Source: the human T2T-CHM13v2.0 reference genome, Homo sapiens
Direction: 5' to 3' (one strand)
Assembly (NCBI RefSeq): GCF_009914755.1
Contig: NC_060932.1
DNA length: 64,000 nt
Shown: positions 1 through 12,355 of the stretch, in pieces
Layout: each line of letters begins with the position of its first letter
Position numbering within the stretch: the first letter of the stretch is position 1
Notes under the pieces: generated by a model
What the model saw: the letters and a program-made list of their open reading frames with translations, nothing else
What the model was told of the DNA's origin: nothing
Database searches by the model: none
Program-made: the position numbers and the translations under genes

Positions 1-795
1 TGGCCACCTCCTGGAACACGAGAGCCACCTTCTTTCTCTGATGCTTTGCTGCTACCACCCCATTGGCTTCAGAAAAGGGAATTACACACGTTTCTTCACC
101 TTCTCACCCTAGGCACTTATTGCTGTAAACTTTAATTCCTCCAAGCCACCAATGCTCCAAGTTTGTGGCATATAATACTTTAAGTGACAGTTTGGAGGAA
201 AATGGGGTGAATGGCAATAACACGCTGTACAGGGGTCAACTTTAAATAAAATGTCCAATGTCACTTCCTGATGCTAAACTTTTGCCAATCATTCCTGATC
301 CACAGCAAACTTTTTGCTGGATTGCCTAAGGTGTCAACCTTCCACCATCTCCCTGCATCCCTTCTTCTTATGGTTACTACTTTCTTCCATCCCCACTTTC
401 CTGGGTTTTTGGCATCTGATGAATTCCATCCTCTTCATCAAGAGTGTAGCTCTCAAGTTCATCTTAATTTATTGCACAGAGTCATTTTGTTTTCCTTTTT
501 GTCATCATCACCATCCAAACCATTATGATGCTTCACTGTTTATAAGAAAGAGGCTACTGTATTTTGCTCAGTCCAATACCCATCTTACTCAGATCTCCAC
601 CAAATAACCTGAGGAGCTGTGGGAGCTTTGAAGTTCCAATTTTATTTTCTGATTATGGGTTTTTGTAAGAGCCAGGCTGAATGTTTAGTCAGGTCTCATG
701 ACCATCCGCCATGTCCCTAAGTGGAAAACATTTGATGGGAATCTGGCTAGATGAAGCCCCCGAGCATGAAGGCTAACGTTCTTCTCTTTACCCTG

Positions 796-966
796 GTAAT
801 TCTTAACCCTTGCTAAATGCATGAATCATCTGAGGGAGTTATTAAAATTCCAGATGCCCAGGCACACCCCAGACCAATTAACTCAGAATCTCAAGAGTGG
901 GACTCAGACTCCATCTCCCATGCTGGATGCAATATTGCCTACTCTGCAGTCGATTGAGAATCTCTG
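796..966. mobile_element. MER5-family hAT-Charlie MITE (degenerate)
   Basis: Motifs ttcttaaccct...gaatcatctgaggg...cagatgcccaggcacaccccagacc...cagaatctc...gattgagaatctctg resemble the MER5A/B consensus as I recall it; boundaries are approximate. Confidence 0.7.
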
Positions 967-1384
967 TGTGACAATTCCAGCAATTATAAGGTGGGAGTTA
1001 CCTGTTTTAGAGATATGAAGCTGAAGATTAGACAGATGAAATAGGTTACACAGCCTGCACAGCCAGCTCCTTGTGGAGGATATCAATCATGAGAGTACAC
1101 ATGAGTTCATACCCCAGAATTCATGTTCTTCCCATTAGAAGTAACTACCATTTCATCTCATAAGGGAGTTACACATGGAAACAAATAATTTCAGTATAAT
1201 GTTACAGTAGAAGTGTTGTAAATGCTTAACAATCACAGAAAGGAGATGATCTAACTTCATGTGAGAGGTCAAGAAGGGGGCTTTTGTCAACTTTTTCTTT
1301 TGCTGGACAGCCGTTGACATTTTGTTTTAGCCTGGTTTGACTTGGATAAGCAGGTTGAGAGGCAAAGAGAATGAAGTACCTGAG

Positions 1385-1933
1385 TGTGATGGTTAATATT
1401 GAGTGCTGACTTGATTGGACTGAGGGATACAAAGTATTGTTCCTGGTGTGTCTGTGAGGGTGTTACCAAAGGAGATTAATGTTTGAGTCAGTGGACAGGG
1501 GGAGGCAGACCCACCCTCAATCCAGGTGGGCACTATCTAAGCAGCTGCCAGCATGGTTAGGATAAAAGCAGGCAGAAGAACATGGAAGGACTAGACTGGC
1601 TGAGTCTTCTGGCCTTTATCTTTCTCCCACGCTGGATGCTTCCTGCCCTCAAATATCAGACTTCAAGTTCTTCAGCTTTTGGATCCTCGGACTTACACCA
1701 GTGGTTTGCCAGGGCCTCTTCGGCCTTCGGCCACAGACTGAAGGCTGCACCATTGCCTTCTCTACTTTTGAAGTTTTGGGACTCGAACTGGCTTCCTTGC
1801 TCATCAGCTTGCAGATGGCCTATTGTGGGACTTCACCTTGTGATCGTATGAGTCAATATTTCTTAATAAACTCCCTTTCATATGTACATCTATCCTATCA
1901 GTCCTGTCCCTCTAGAGAACCCTGACTACTACA
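1385..1933 (+). mobile_element. MLT2A2 solo LTR (HERV-L/ERVL)
   Basis: Starts TGTGATGGTTAATATTGAGTG and ends CCCTCTAGAGAACCCTGACTACTACA, with AATAAA near the 3' end. The ~549 bp length fits MLT2A2 rather than the shorter MLT2A1. Confidence 0.9.
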
Positions 1934-2318
1934 ACGAGGGATGAATTAGTGCAACCCTTCAACCTCCAAGGGACAAATCCTCGTCAAACTCCCAATGAGC
2001 TTGCAAATGTCTCTCCTCTCATTAGCCAGGGTGAGAGTTTTCCCTGCTCCTGTTTCTGCCCTTCTAGGATGATTCATTAGTTACTGAGCAGTTCTCCTTC
2101 CCCTGGGGTCTGCCTTGAGATGACTCCTTCAGGATTTCTTGACTGTAGTTAGGCTGGAGTCTGATTCCTAGAAATGGTCACCTGGGAATAAAGGCCATCA
2201 GTGGGACCAGGGGCTTCTTATACCTAGGATGTTGCTAAGTTCTGTGGAAGATTATGCTTTCCTGGGTGGCTTTTTGTGTGTATGGTGGGACAGGATGGTG
2301 CAAGGGGAATAAACATAG

Positions 2319-2500
2319 TGTGGCAGAGACAATACTAGGTGTTCTCCAAATCCTGTTTTATTTTCCTATATTTTGGCACACTGACTACTACATTTCTCTG
2401 TTTCCACTGAAGTTAAATGGAAATCATGTGATTGCATTTTGTCCAGGGGGATATATAGAAATGACATAAGCTACTTCTAGACCTGACCATTAAAAAAACC
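2319..2500 (+). mobile_element. Old MLT1-type MaLR LTR, 5' fragment
   Basis: tgtggcagagac start; ctacatttc...catgtgattgcattttg...ctacttctagacctgacc resembles the MLT1I/J/K 5' region. Confidence 0.6.
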
Positions 2501-2644
2501 TCTGAGCTTCAATGTATTCTATAAAAGTGGGATGATGTGATCTCTACTTCATAACCCTATGAGGTTACACCGAGGACATTTCTATGAAAGGATATACTGT
2601 TACCACTTGAGTACAAAAAGCATGGTTTGAGTGTCATGGTTTGA

Positions 2645-2945
2645 TGTGTCATGCTCTGTGCTAGATGATAGAATTATGGTGGCAATGTCCTCGAGCTCAT
2701 AGGGCTTTTAGTTTAGTGGAGATAACCTATGTATATCTCAGATCCCCACTGGGGGCATTTACAAGGTCCAAAGGAGGCTTTAGAGAAGGGCACTAAAGTG
2801 GGAGAGTGAAGGAAGGCTTCATTGGGGAGGTGATGGTTGAGCTGTCTCTTGAGGGATGAGTAGGAATTTGCAAATTGTTGAAAAAGGAAGAAACTGTAAG
2901 TAGAGGAGCAGCACTCACAAAGGCCTGGAGCATAACATCATGGCT
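2645..2945 (-). mobile_element. L2 LINE fragment
   Basis: gaaggcttcattggggaggtgatggttgagctg...gatgagtagga...cacaaaggcctggag is typical antisense L2 3' sequence. Confidence 0.65.
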
Positions 2946-4889
2946 TACTCTTCAGGTCTTGGTAGATGACTGGTTTTATATCTTCCATTTCAAATGTATG
3001 TTTTTTATATTTTAATATTTTTGAATGCCGTATGGGTATTGAAACTAAGGAAATATAATAGAACATGTAGGTCTTTCAACGACCTACACTTCCAAACATA
3101 AATATAAGATTTAAAAATGCAGCTTACAAAACAACAACAAAAAAATGAGGATTTCTGACCCATGAGATAGAAAACCCCATTTTGGGAGGTAGCCCATTTT
3201 TATGTTTTTGGGGTTAAATTTGCAGAGTTGAATGCATCTAATTTATGCTTTTATATTATGCTATTGAATGCAGGAATTATTCCTGAACTACTCTATCATT
3301 TACCTGAAAAATTCAAAGTCTACTTCTTCTATGAACTCAAGGATTTTAGTTTCAATAACTCTGATTTGTGAGTCCCTCCTATTGATGACAATTATTGAAA
3401 AAGGATGTTAGGGAGTTTGCAAAATAGCAGCTCAATCATGGCAATTTAGGAAATAAAGGGATGGTTTCACTTTGGTTTTGGCATGGAAAGTTATTTCCTC
3501 AGACAGAAATAAATGCCATTATTTCCCATGGATTTTGACAGTTCCAACTTTCTCAGTTCACTTTCCGTGTCAAGCATCCAAGTTCTCTGCATAACCAGAA
3601 CCTTGGTGGAACCTGAGTGGCAGTGGCAGAAAACTCCAGGTACAAATTAAGAAATGCATTGTGCATTAACATAGTGGAGCCGGGGCAGAGTAGTGAGGAC
3701 AGTAGAGAGAAACTCTTCTTCATATGTGTTACCCACAAGAAAGTCAGAAGTGTTTTGAACATCTTATTGAAATTTATGAGTATGCAATGGCTGAAGCGTT
3801 TTTAGCAAATAAAAGTTATGGATAGTATAGATTCATTAGAACAAATGAAATAAATGTCATTGTTGTCTATTTTTGTGAAGGTCAAAATATGTTAGGGTTT
3901 TTATAGGCTCGCTGAGTGCTGTTCCTTCTAGCATTCCTTTCCCATTGGGAATTATGTTTCTATGCTGAAAATAATCCCATATTGTGATTCCAAATTTTGT
4001 TTTTGTGGTTGAAAAGGGATGAGTTCATCTCAAATTCTTGTTCTGTAGCTGAGAAAATTCTTTTCTTACGTCTTCTACCTGCCACAATTTTGTTGTGTCT
4101 CTGTTCTCTTCTATCCCCAAGAGCTTTGGCATGGTCACGTTTTGTTTAAGAGCCTTTATAAAACCTAGGTCTGCTTTCTAACAATGCCAAAACCAGTTTA
4201 TCTGCACTCCTCTTCCCATTCACATGACTCTGTTTTGCTTTTGGCAATGGGACATCATCTCCTCAAACAGGAATTGTCATCATTTCCCCTCATTCTTGAC
4301 ATCTTCACATTGTTTGGCAACCTGCTTGGATTTTCTTACAAGCAATGCCATGAGCCTGAACACACCTCCTTTGTGTTTTGACACGCATCTTCTCTGGGGA
4401 ACTTTGCTTTGTGACAGTTATCATAAGATAATCAATTTAAAAGAAGAGGTGCTTGACGTTGCTGCAGAAACTTCCTGAAGGCTGGTGAAGTGTGGGCAAT
4501 GACAATCGTCTTTTCATTCTGACTCAGATAACTTGATTATATTTATTGTTGTGGGTTTTCTTTTTTTCTTCAAAACTGCAAAGTAGTGGGCGAGGTTGAA
4601 AATCTTCTATGTACCAGAGAATTTGCAAACATATATCAGATATTTTTCACAACAATAATCTTGTGATGTTAATATAATTATAGTAACTTTATTTTATGAA
4701 TGAGAAAAATAAGAGTTTGAGAGGTTGGGAATCTTGTCCAACTCTATTCAGATCCTCTGATTAAAAAGCACCAGCAACTGAAGGAAAGAAATCAGCTCTA
4801 TAGTTTTGGAAAAAGCTCTGCAAGTCAATAAATTACAGTGATCATTTTCATTTTTACATCTTAATGCTTCTTGCTTCATGTTTCTCTTT

Positions 4890-5300
4890 ATTAGTTACAG
4901 TAAAACCCTCTGCTAAAGTAACAAGAAGAACAGTAATAACATGGCTTAACGGGCAAAGATGTTTCTTTCTTTCTCATGTAAAAGTCTGAGGAAAGCATTC
5001 TATTCAATGGCAGCCTTTACTCCACAGAGTCATTCAGGACTCCAGGTTCCTTCCATCTTCTGGCTCCTTCACCTCCTACAGCACGTCCTCCGCACAGTCA
5101 AAGGTGGGTTACTGTCATGTCTTATGTCCACCCAGTGGGGAGGAAGAACAGAAAAGGTAAAAGAGGCTGTCTTAAGGCAACAGATTGAAAATGACACAAA
5201 TCATCTCTACCGTAGTCTAACTAGCCAGTCATGTGCTTGAATATACTTCTGTTAATACCGAAGAAGAGATAATTGATTTGAGAATCTAAAAAATAATCTG
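4890..5300 (-). mobile_element. Ancient ERVL/MaLR LTR fragment (LTR33/MLT1-like)
   Basis: aagtaacaag...atggcttaa...gtcattcaggactccaggttccttccatcttctggctcc motifs; subfamily uncertain. Confidence 0.5.
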
Positions 5301-5515
5301 CACAAAAATATTATTATCTTAAAACTTGTATGTTCCAGTAATATCTGACTGCCTGTTTATTTCCCCAGAGTTGGCTAGCTGTAGAATTAATTTTCTTCAT
5401 ATGTTTTTCTTCTGTAAGTTTAGTGAAGGCAGACACTGTGTACTCTGCATCTAGGATCCAGCAAAAAGTCCTGCATGGCTGCATGTAATGGACATTCAGT
5501 AATTATTTGTGATAA

Positions 5516-5901
<386 letters not shown>

Positions 5902-7819
5902 TAAGGGAAAAATTAAGGTGATTTTTTTTTTCCTTTTCAGTTCTTGGGAGAATCAGGACAGTTGTGGATGCAAAGTGGTTCATATCAACTGCTCCTACAT
6001 GCTGGACTTGAAAGAAGACCCTAGGGCCAGTCGGCCTAGGGATATTCAGCTAATTGAAGAGAAAATATGATGAAAGGGTTTTCCTTTAAATTCAAAATAA
6101 AAGCAAATAAGTTGAAGGTCACAAACACCCAAAAATGTGTATTAATTATAAGTGCCTAAGAATTCTGCCCCCAAAGACATCTCAGCTGTCCTGGTTTTAC
6201 TTCCCATTGATCCCCTTAGAAAGTCTGTCCTCATTTAATAGCCAAAGATGCCCCCCTCTAAACCTGCAGGTGAGAGCTCCACAGGTGACCCAAGTCAGAA
6301 AGATGAAATTGGAGTAGACTTGGCCATGATGTCTCTAGAGATCATTAGTTTGATCTTAAACTCAGAGTTCTTAAAAAAAGTCTTTCACATTCCATTCAAA
6401 AGAGATGACATCTCTAAATTGCAGCCCATGTTTGTTGTAAAAGTCTCTGGATGCTCGGGAGAGCCAGCTTGTTTCTTATTGTGCTCTCCCTGCATTTCCG
6501 TGTTCAAGTGCAGAGCCTGAATCACAGCAGGTCCTCAATAAATATTTATTAAATTAATTGATTGATTAGTTACTAAGAGGATGTGATAAGTATGGGAGGA
6601 TGAAGCATTGAGGAGTGTCTATTGCAATCTTTTTATTTTACTGATGATCCAAATGATGCCCAAAGAGGTCAGGAGGACTTAGTCAAAGTCCCACAGTGAG
6701 TCAGCTTGAGAACTGGGCCCAGGATGCAGCTTCTTTGGACTTCCAGCCTCAAACTCAATCCATTCTACATTAGCAACAAATAATGGTGATTTGTAAGGTT
6801 TTACTCTGTGGAAACCACATTCACACCTGCCTCTGTGAATGCATTGCTCATAACATTCTTTCTTCCAGAAACACTCCTCCTTGTCTTTACCTGTTGAGTT
6901 CAGGGGAGACTTTTACCCCCTCCATGTGGCATTTGACCCTCCTCACTTCCCCATTCCTCTTGATTCTCTCTTTTCCTTGAATTCAGAGGTCTAGTTCTCT
7001 CTAAGCTTCCTCCTCTCTGTCTTCTGGCTGGTCTTCAGAGTCATATGCCTGTTTGTCTTTCTCTCTTTCTCTCTCATCACCCTTGATCCTTCAACTAGGG
7101 GGCTTTGGCTAAGGTCCCTGACCTTTGGCTAAGGTCTCTTTTTTGAGCAGAGGAATTACTGAAATGAATGAATGATAAATTTTAAAATGAACCGGGTCAA
7201 GTAATTTATATTTGCATGCTTTAGTATCTGCTTTTATAACCTGAGTTTAAGCAACTTAAGTATAGTGAGCACTGGACTGAGGACATAGTAACACTCTATG
7301 ATGACTTGTTGAAACATGACAAAGTGAATGAAATTTAGAATTCTTCAGGTGATTCCTCTTACTAGGGCCTGTAGATTTTTTCTTTCCTTTCATTTTTCCA
7401 ATTTAACACAAAGGAGACCAAGACTAATCTGTGCATAGCAAGGTCTGCTTGAGTTTAAAACCCCCTCCTCCTGTCATCAATAAGACTGAACAGAGGAGAA
7501 TTAACAAAACAGGGGCCATCTCTCATGTCTTCTTAACAAGTAGACCAAGATTCATGATCTGGAGGGAAAGATTGGAGAAAAAGTGAGCATAGAGTCGTGA
7601 TCATTTCTGAATCTGAAATGGGGGGGTCTCAGGACCCCCATTTCTGCCTCTTAGAGATACAGTCTTTCACCATCTTTGATGGATTCCTTCATGGGTGGGA
7701 CAGTGGGTGGGACAGAAATAAGCTAAAAGGGGAAAAAGGATCTCTTTGTGTTCAGCCTCCTCATTGCAGAAAACAGAGACATCCTGGTAAGAGAGTTGGA
7801 GCAGAGAATTGACAGTCCA

Positions 7820-7990
7820 GATATGCCTCCTTAGGCAAGTGAATTATTATCACCAAGCCTTTACTTCTATTCTCAAAAATGGGGATTATCATATCTACCT
7901 TTCAGGGTTGTAAGGAAATGAGATTAAGAACATAAAATTCTTGGCAAGGTAGCTAGCTCATAGTAAGCAATAAGTTGTAGCTGTTACTAT
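7820..7990 (+). mobile_element. MIR SINE
   Basis: ccttaggcaagtga...caaaaatggggattatcatatctacctttcagggttgtaagg...catagtaagcaataa MIR core. Confidence 0.75.
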
Positions 7991-9830
7991 TTTTACTATT
8001 CTATCTTTTCTCAAACTTTTTTCAATGAATATGAATTAGCCTATTCAATGAATATGTTCAATACTACAAAAAGTGGGTATGTATCAGAATCAAGCTAAGT
8101 ATTGCTATGCTAACTGCATACTCTGGTTCCTGTAGAGGCAGTTCTCTTAAAGAATTGGCTCCTGAACTTGGATTTCCCTTCTTCTGTCTCAGCCACCCTC
8201 CCTCTCTCTCTTGGGAGAACCAGCTTCCCTCTCTCCCTCCCTCCCTCCATTCCTTCCTTCCTTTCATTTTTCTCATCTATTCATTTACAACTTATAATCA
8301 CCAATTTTTTTTAAAAAATTGAGGTAGCTTGCACCATAAAAACAGCAAGTGGTGACATGGTTTACCTAAACCAGAAGACTTAGACTATTTTAAGAGAAGA
8401 GAAAGAACTGGACCAAGAGCATAGGTTGATATTCATTCCTCATCGAAACTTTCAACATTCATTGATCATCTTATTAATATCAAAAAAATCAGTTAAGGAG
8501 TCAGAACGTCTCTGCCTCCCAAGAAGCTATTGTCTAAGTAAAGACAGAAAGTCATTAAAAACACGTATTTCCATTTTAATATATGTACAGTGCAATCTCA
8601 AGATTTCAATAGAGCTCTAAATTTAGCTGCGTTTCTTGGTAGCCAAGGCAAAAGTGTGTATAGAACACGGTGAGTTCAGTCTTTCTCTTTATCTAGTAAA
8701 AAGGACACATGCAAATTATTCTGGCAAGAAAGCTAAACCTGGATTCGCACTGTTACTGAGTTAGCTGTGACCCCTGGCTACTGTGTTCATGCCATTCATA
8801 AACAACCCCTAATTCAAAAATAGTAGCTACGGCATGTTCTATCATCATAGGTTATGCAAACATTGTGTATGGGAGGGTGTGGGAGTTTCAGCACTTAAGA
8901 GAAATAATTATTTCATTCTAAACAGTATGATTTTGCCTTTGGAGTATCTTGGTCTTCCTTTTCTGGCCTCTCTTTGCCCCTAATCTGTTTCCCATCTCTC
9001 TTCAAGCTCCTTTCCACTTGGGATGCCCTCCGATTTTCCAGGGCTGAACACTGCTGCACCTGTGGGCTGCCCGCCTCTTAATTACCCTGATGTTCTCAGC
9101 CTTATTAATTACTCTCTAGTCCACCTAGGTAACCCACCCCTGCTGACATCCTCTAGATTCTGCTCTTTGCTGAGTTTCCTCTGACAACTGAGCCAACCCC
9201 TGAAGAAGCTGGGTGAGTGGGCACACATGGGCGTGCAGGTCTCTGCTGCACTCTGTGGCTTTCTTTTCATGACCACCTATGCGTCTCAGGCATCAGCTCA
9301 CCTCTGACCATCATATCACGGTCAGAATGATTCTTGACATGTGCAAGAGGCTTTGCACTGGACAAAGCACTTTTGCACATCCTATTCATACTACTTCAGT
9401 GAGACTATGTGTATTTTTTAATCCTGCCATTTCCACTTTATATGGTAACTGATTTTTTTTCTATTTTTTTTTTTCAAATATCATTTTGGAAGAGAGCATG
9501 ACATTCTGTCTTATACATAGAGCAAAAAAATGCTCCATTGTTGGACAATTGGGGCATTTCCAGTCTTTTAAAAGCTACATTACGTTAGGAATTGTATAGA
9601 GATCTGGACTCCACATCTCAGATTATTTTCTGAAGCTGGATTCCTCTAAGGGAGATTCTGAGTCAAAAATTACAAAGCATATAAGATTCTTGAGAACTAT
9701 TTGATCTTTGCCTTATTGGTTTTATTTTCAAGTGGGTCCCCTTGTGGATACTTTAAAAAATACTAGTAAATGTTCTTCTAACTGGATGGTATGAAATAAT
9801 TCATTCAGAAAGATATAGTTGGCTCTATAG

Positions 9831-9834
<4 letters not shown>

Positions 9835-9866
<32 letters not shown>
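9835..9866. repeat. (CA)n microsatellite
   Basis: About 16 perfect AC units read directly from the sequence. Confidence 0.98.
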
Positions 9867-9870
<4 letters not shown>

Positions 9871-11220
9871 CTAACTGTAATTCTTTTTCATTGAGCAAAT
9901 GGTAAAATTTCTAGTCAAACGTGAACAAAAAATGTATCTCTACTCTAATTCTGCCAGAACCTGTTCTTTAGTTGTTATTCTTCTGCCTTGAATATTAATG
10001 TCCTTGATCCAGTTTGCCTCACGTTCCAGGACAGCCAGTGTGTGCTTAGAAGGTCTTGCCTTGCTGGGTTTTATACTGTTTTCAGAGAATTGTTTCTATC
10101 TGCGGAGAGGGCAGACTTCCCAGCCACTATCCCTAGCTACGTCCCTTCTTAACTTGCTCCTGCACCCATATGTGCAGTGATGGAACATAAGGAGGCCTGC
10201 TACCTTCAGGGAGGGCTCTGCAGAATGTTTGATTCTATTGACGGTGACTGTAATTACTCTCCCTGTAGCCTGTGACTCCATGTGTATTTTGTGACACTTC
10301 CCGTTGATCCAAATAGCTCATAGACCTGTCCCTAGGGCTTATCTCCCAGGAGTCTCCACTCCTCCCAAACATGCCTTCTTATCAAGTTACCTAGTTGTGA
10401 CTGGTTTGTTGTTTAAGCATTCATGCATTCATGCGGGCTTTGCTACTCTTTGAGCAGGATTATTTGTCCAGCTTTGGCATACAGGCAACTCTTTACTTTC
10501 AAAGTGACATTGTATCATAGCAGTTTTTGTGATGCCGAGAAAGGGCTGGGTTTTCTTCTCATGTTTTGGCATTTCTTAGTCCTGAAAGTGCCTGGGACAG
10601 CAAAGTCAGGAGCAGAGTGGGGGAGGGGAGCACCAAGGAGCAGAGAGACGTTTTACAGGTAATAAAGATATCAGTACCGGTACCTCATATTTCACAGGGG
10701 AAAAAAACACAGTATGTTAGAAACCAAGAGGAGAATTTAGCCCATAAGTTTGGAAGCTATAACAAGCTAATTTGCTCCCCACAGACAGTTCTGTAAGAAG
10801 GAAAGTCGGTTTGGGCAGACGAAGCCTATTTTAAGGAGTTAGAGCTCTTAGCTCAAGTGAAATTGTTTGGGAAGAAACCCCTGGTGGAAACCGGTAAATA
10901 CTTGCTTTGCAAACACCACCTCCAGCCAGCTGTTTGCTTGGAGCTGACAGGGACACGCTTAGGGGCAGCCTCCCAGCTGCCGAGTGGCCACTTGGAGCTG
11001 GGAGGAAAGGGTTAAAGTAATTGAGAATTTGTTGGCTTCTGCGGGGAAGCTGAAGGGAAAACCACACAGAGGAACTCATGAGCCCTCATGAAAGTTTAAT
11101 TCGATTTCGTGAAAGGAGAACAACTTGTATCTGGGCGTGCTGTGTTTAATATTAAAGCAAGAATGAGCTTCTAAGACAGGAATGGAGCCGGGTAAAACCG
11201 TAATCCCACAGATGGATCGT

Positions 11221-11262
11221 GTTTGTGTGTGCGTGTGTGTGTGTATGTGTGTGTGTGTGTGT
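11221..11262. repeat. (TG)n microsatellite, interrupted
   Basis: gtttgtgtgtgcgtgtgtgtgtgtatgtgtgtgtgtgtgt. Confidence 0.95.
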
Positions 11263-12119
11263 CTTGGGGAGGTAGAGAGACAGAGCTCCAGTCAAAGTGT
11301 TGGAGGGAGGATCAGCCCCAGGGTCTGGGGCATGGGAGGATCTGGCTCAGGCCTTCTAGTCACAAAAGGCCTCAAATGTAGCCTTTTTCCCAAATGGTGC
11401 TTAATGAACATTCACAGGGACAGCTTGACAGAACAGATAAAAGTCGATTTCCTTAAATGAACTTTAAAACTTGCCATCAGGCCTCAGGGCCTGGCATGCA
11501 CGCAGAATTTATATTTTAAAATAGATTATATAATTATACTATATAAACCAGTTATGTGTCTTTGCATTTGTTTTTGATGCTGGAAGTGTTGATTTATTGA
11601 AAGTAAACACTTAAAACAGACCACAACTTTGGTAAACCTGTTGTGATGTTTTTTCATCTTTTTACTATAATCAGAAACTCAAATGGGAAAAAGCCAGGGC
11701 TGCTAAGAGGCCTTGTTTGAACCTGAACACAAATAACAACCACAATAATAATAAAGGTAATTGATATTAATAATGATAATTATTATTACTACTAGTTAGA
11801 GGGTCCTATGAGCCAGTAAGAGCTGGACTCTATTGTGGGTGCTATAATACATCAGCCTCATATGTAAAGCCTACTTTCTGAAGCCTGCCACATACTGAAC
11901 AGTAGGTAGGGGTTGTGGGCCACTTTCAAATATGCCCAGTCACTTTTTTTCCTACCAGGTGTGTTTTTTGCTTCTTAGGAATCAGCTGTGTTTGTTCCCA
12001 AACCAGTTTATGCCAGTTGTCCTTACAATCAAATGTTTAATTAGGAGAGAATGTGATCAAATATGATGGCAAGAAAAAAGTTGCTATTATTATGAATTCC
12101 AAGCTGGAAGCTTTGGAAA

Positions 12120-12355
12120 GAATTTATTGGGCTCTTACTATAAACTGAGCTCTCTTCTGAGAACTTGTGTGCATGATCCCCTTTCTCATTATTATAACCA
12201 TTCCAGAATTCAGACAGTGGTATACTTACTGCAATGATGATCACAGTGAAGCTCAGAGAGCTTAGGTAACTTACTCGAGGTTACACACCTAATGAGGGGT
12301 GGAACCACAATATGAACCAAGGCTGTCAGACTCCAAAGCCTGTGTGCTTCACCCC
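12120..12355 (-). mobile_element. MIR SINE
   Basis: gaagctcagagagcttaggtaacttactcgaggttacac...gaaccaaggctgtcagactccaaagcctgtgtgctt antisense MIR. Confidence 0.8.

Noticed and set aside
1-712. Purine-rich minus-strand stretch starting ATGGCGGATGG, suggestive of a processed pseudogene
   Set aside because: The frames I translated hit stops quickly, I recognise no parent protein, and there is no poly-A or TSD in view.
6195-6276. Possible ~50-nt exon (pyrimidine tract...ttag / cag|gtgaga)
   Set aside because: Such splice-like pairs occur often by chance; there is no supporting partner exon or transcript evidence.
10975-11005. CTCF-like tggccacttggagctg
   Set aside because: Poor match to the CCAC(C/T)AG(G/A)(G/T)GGC core.
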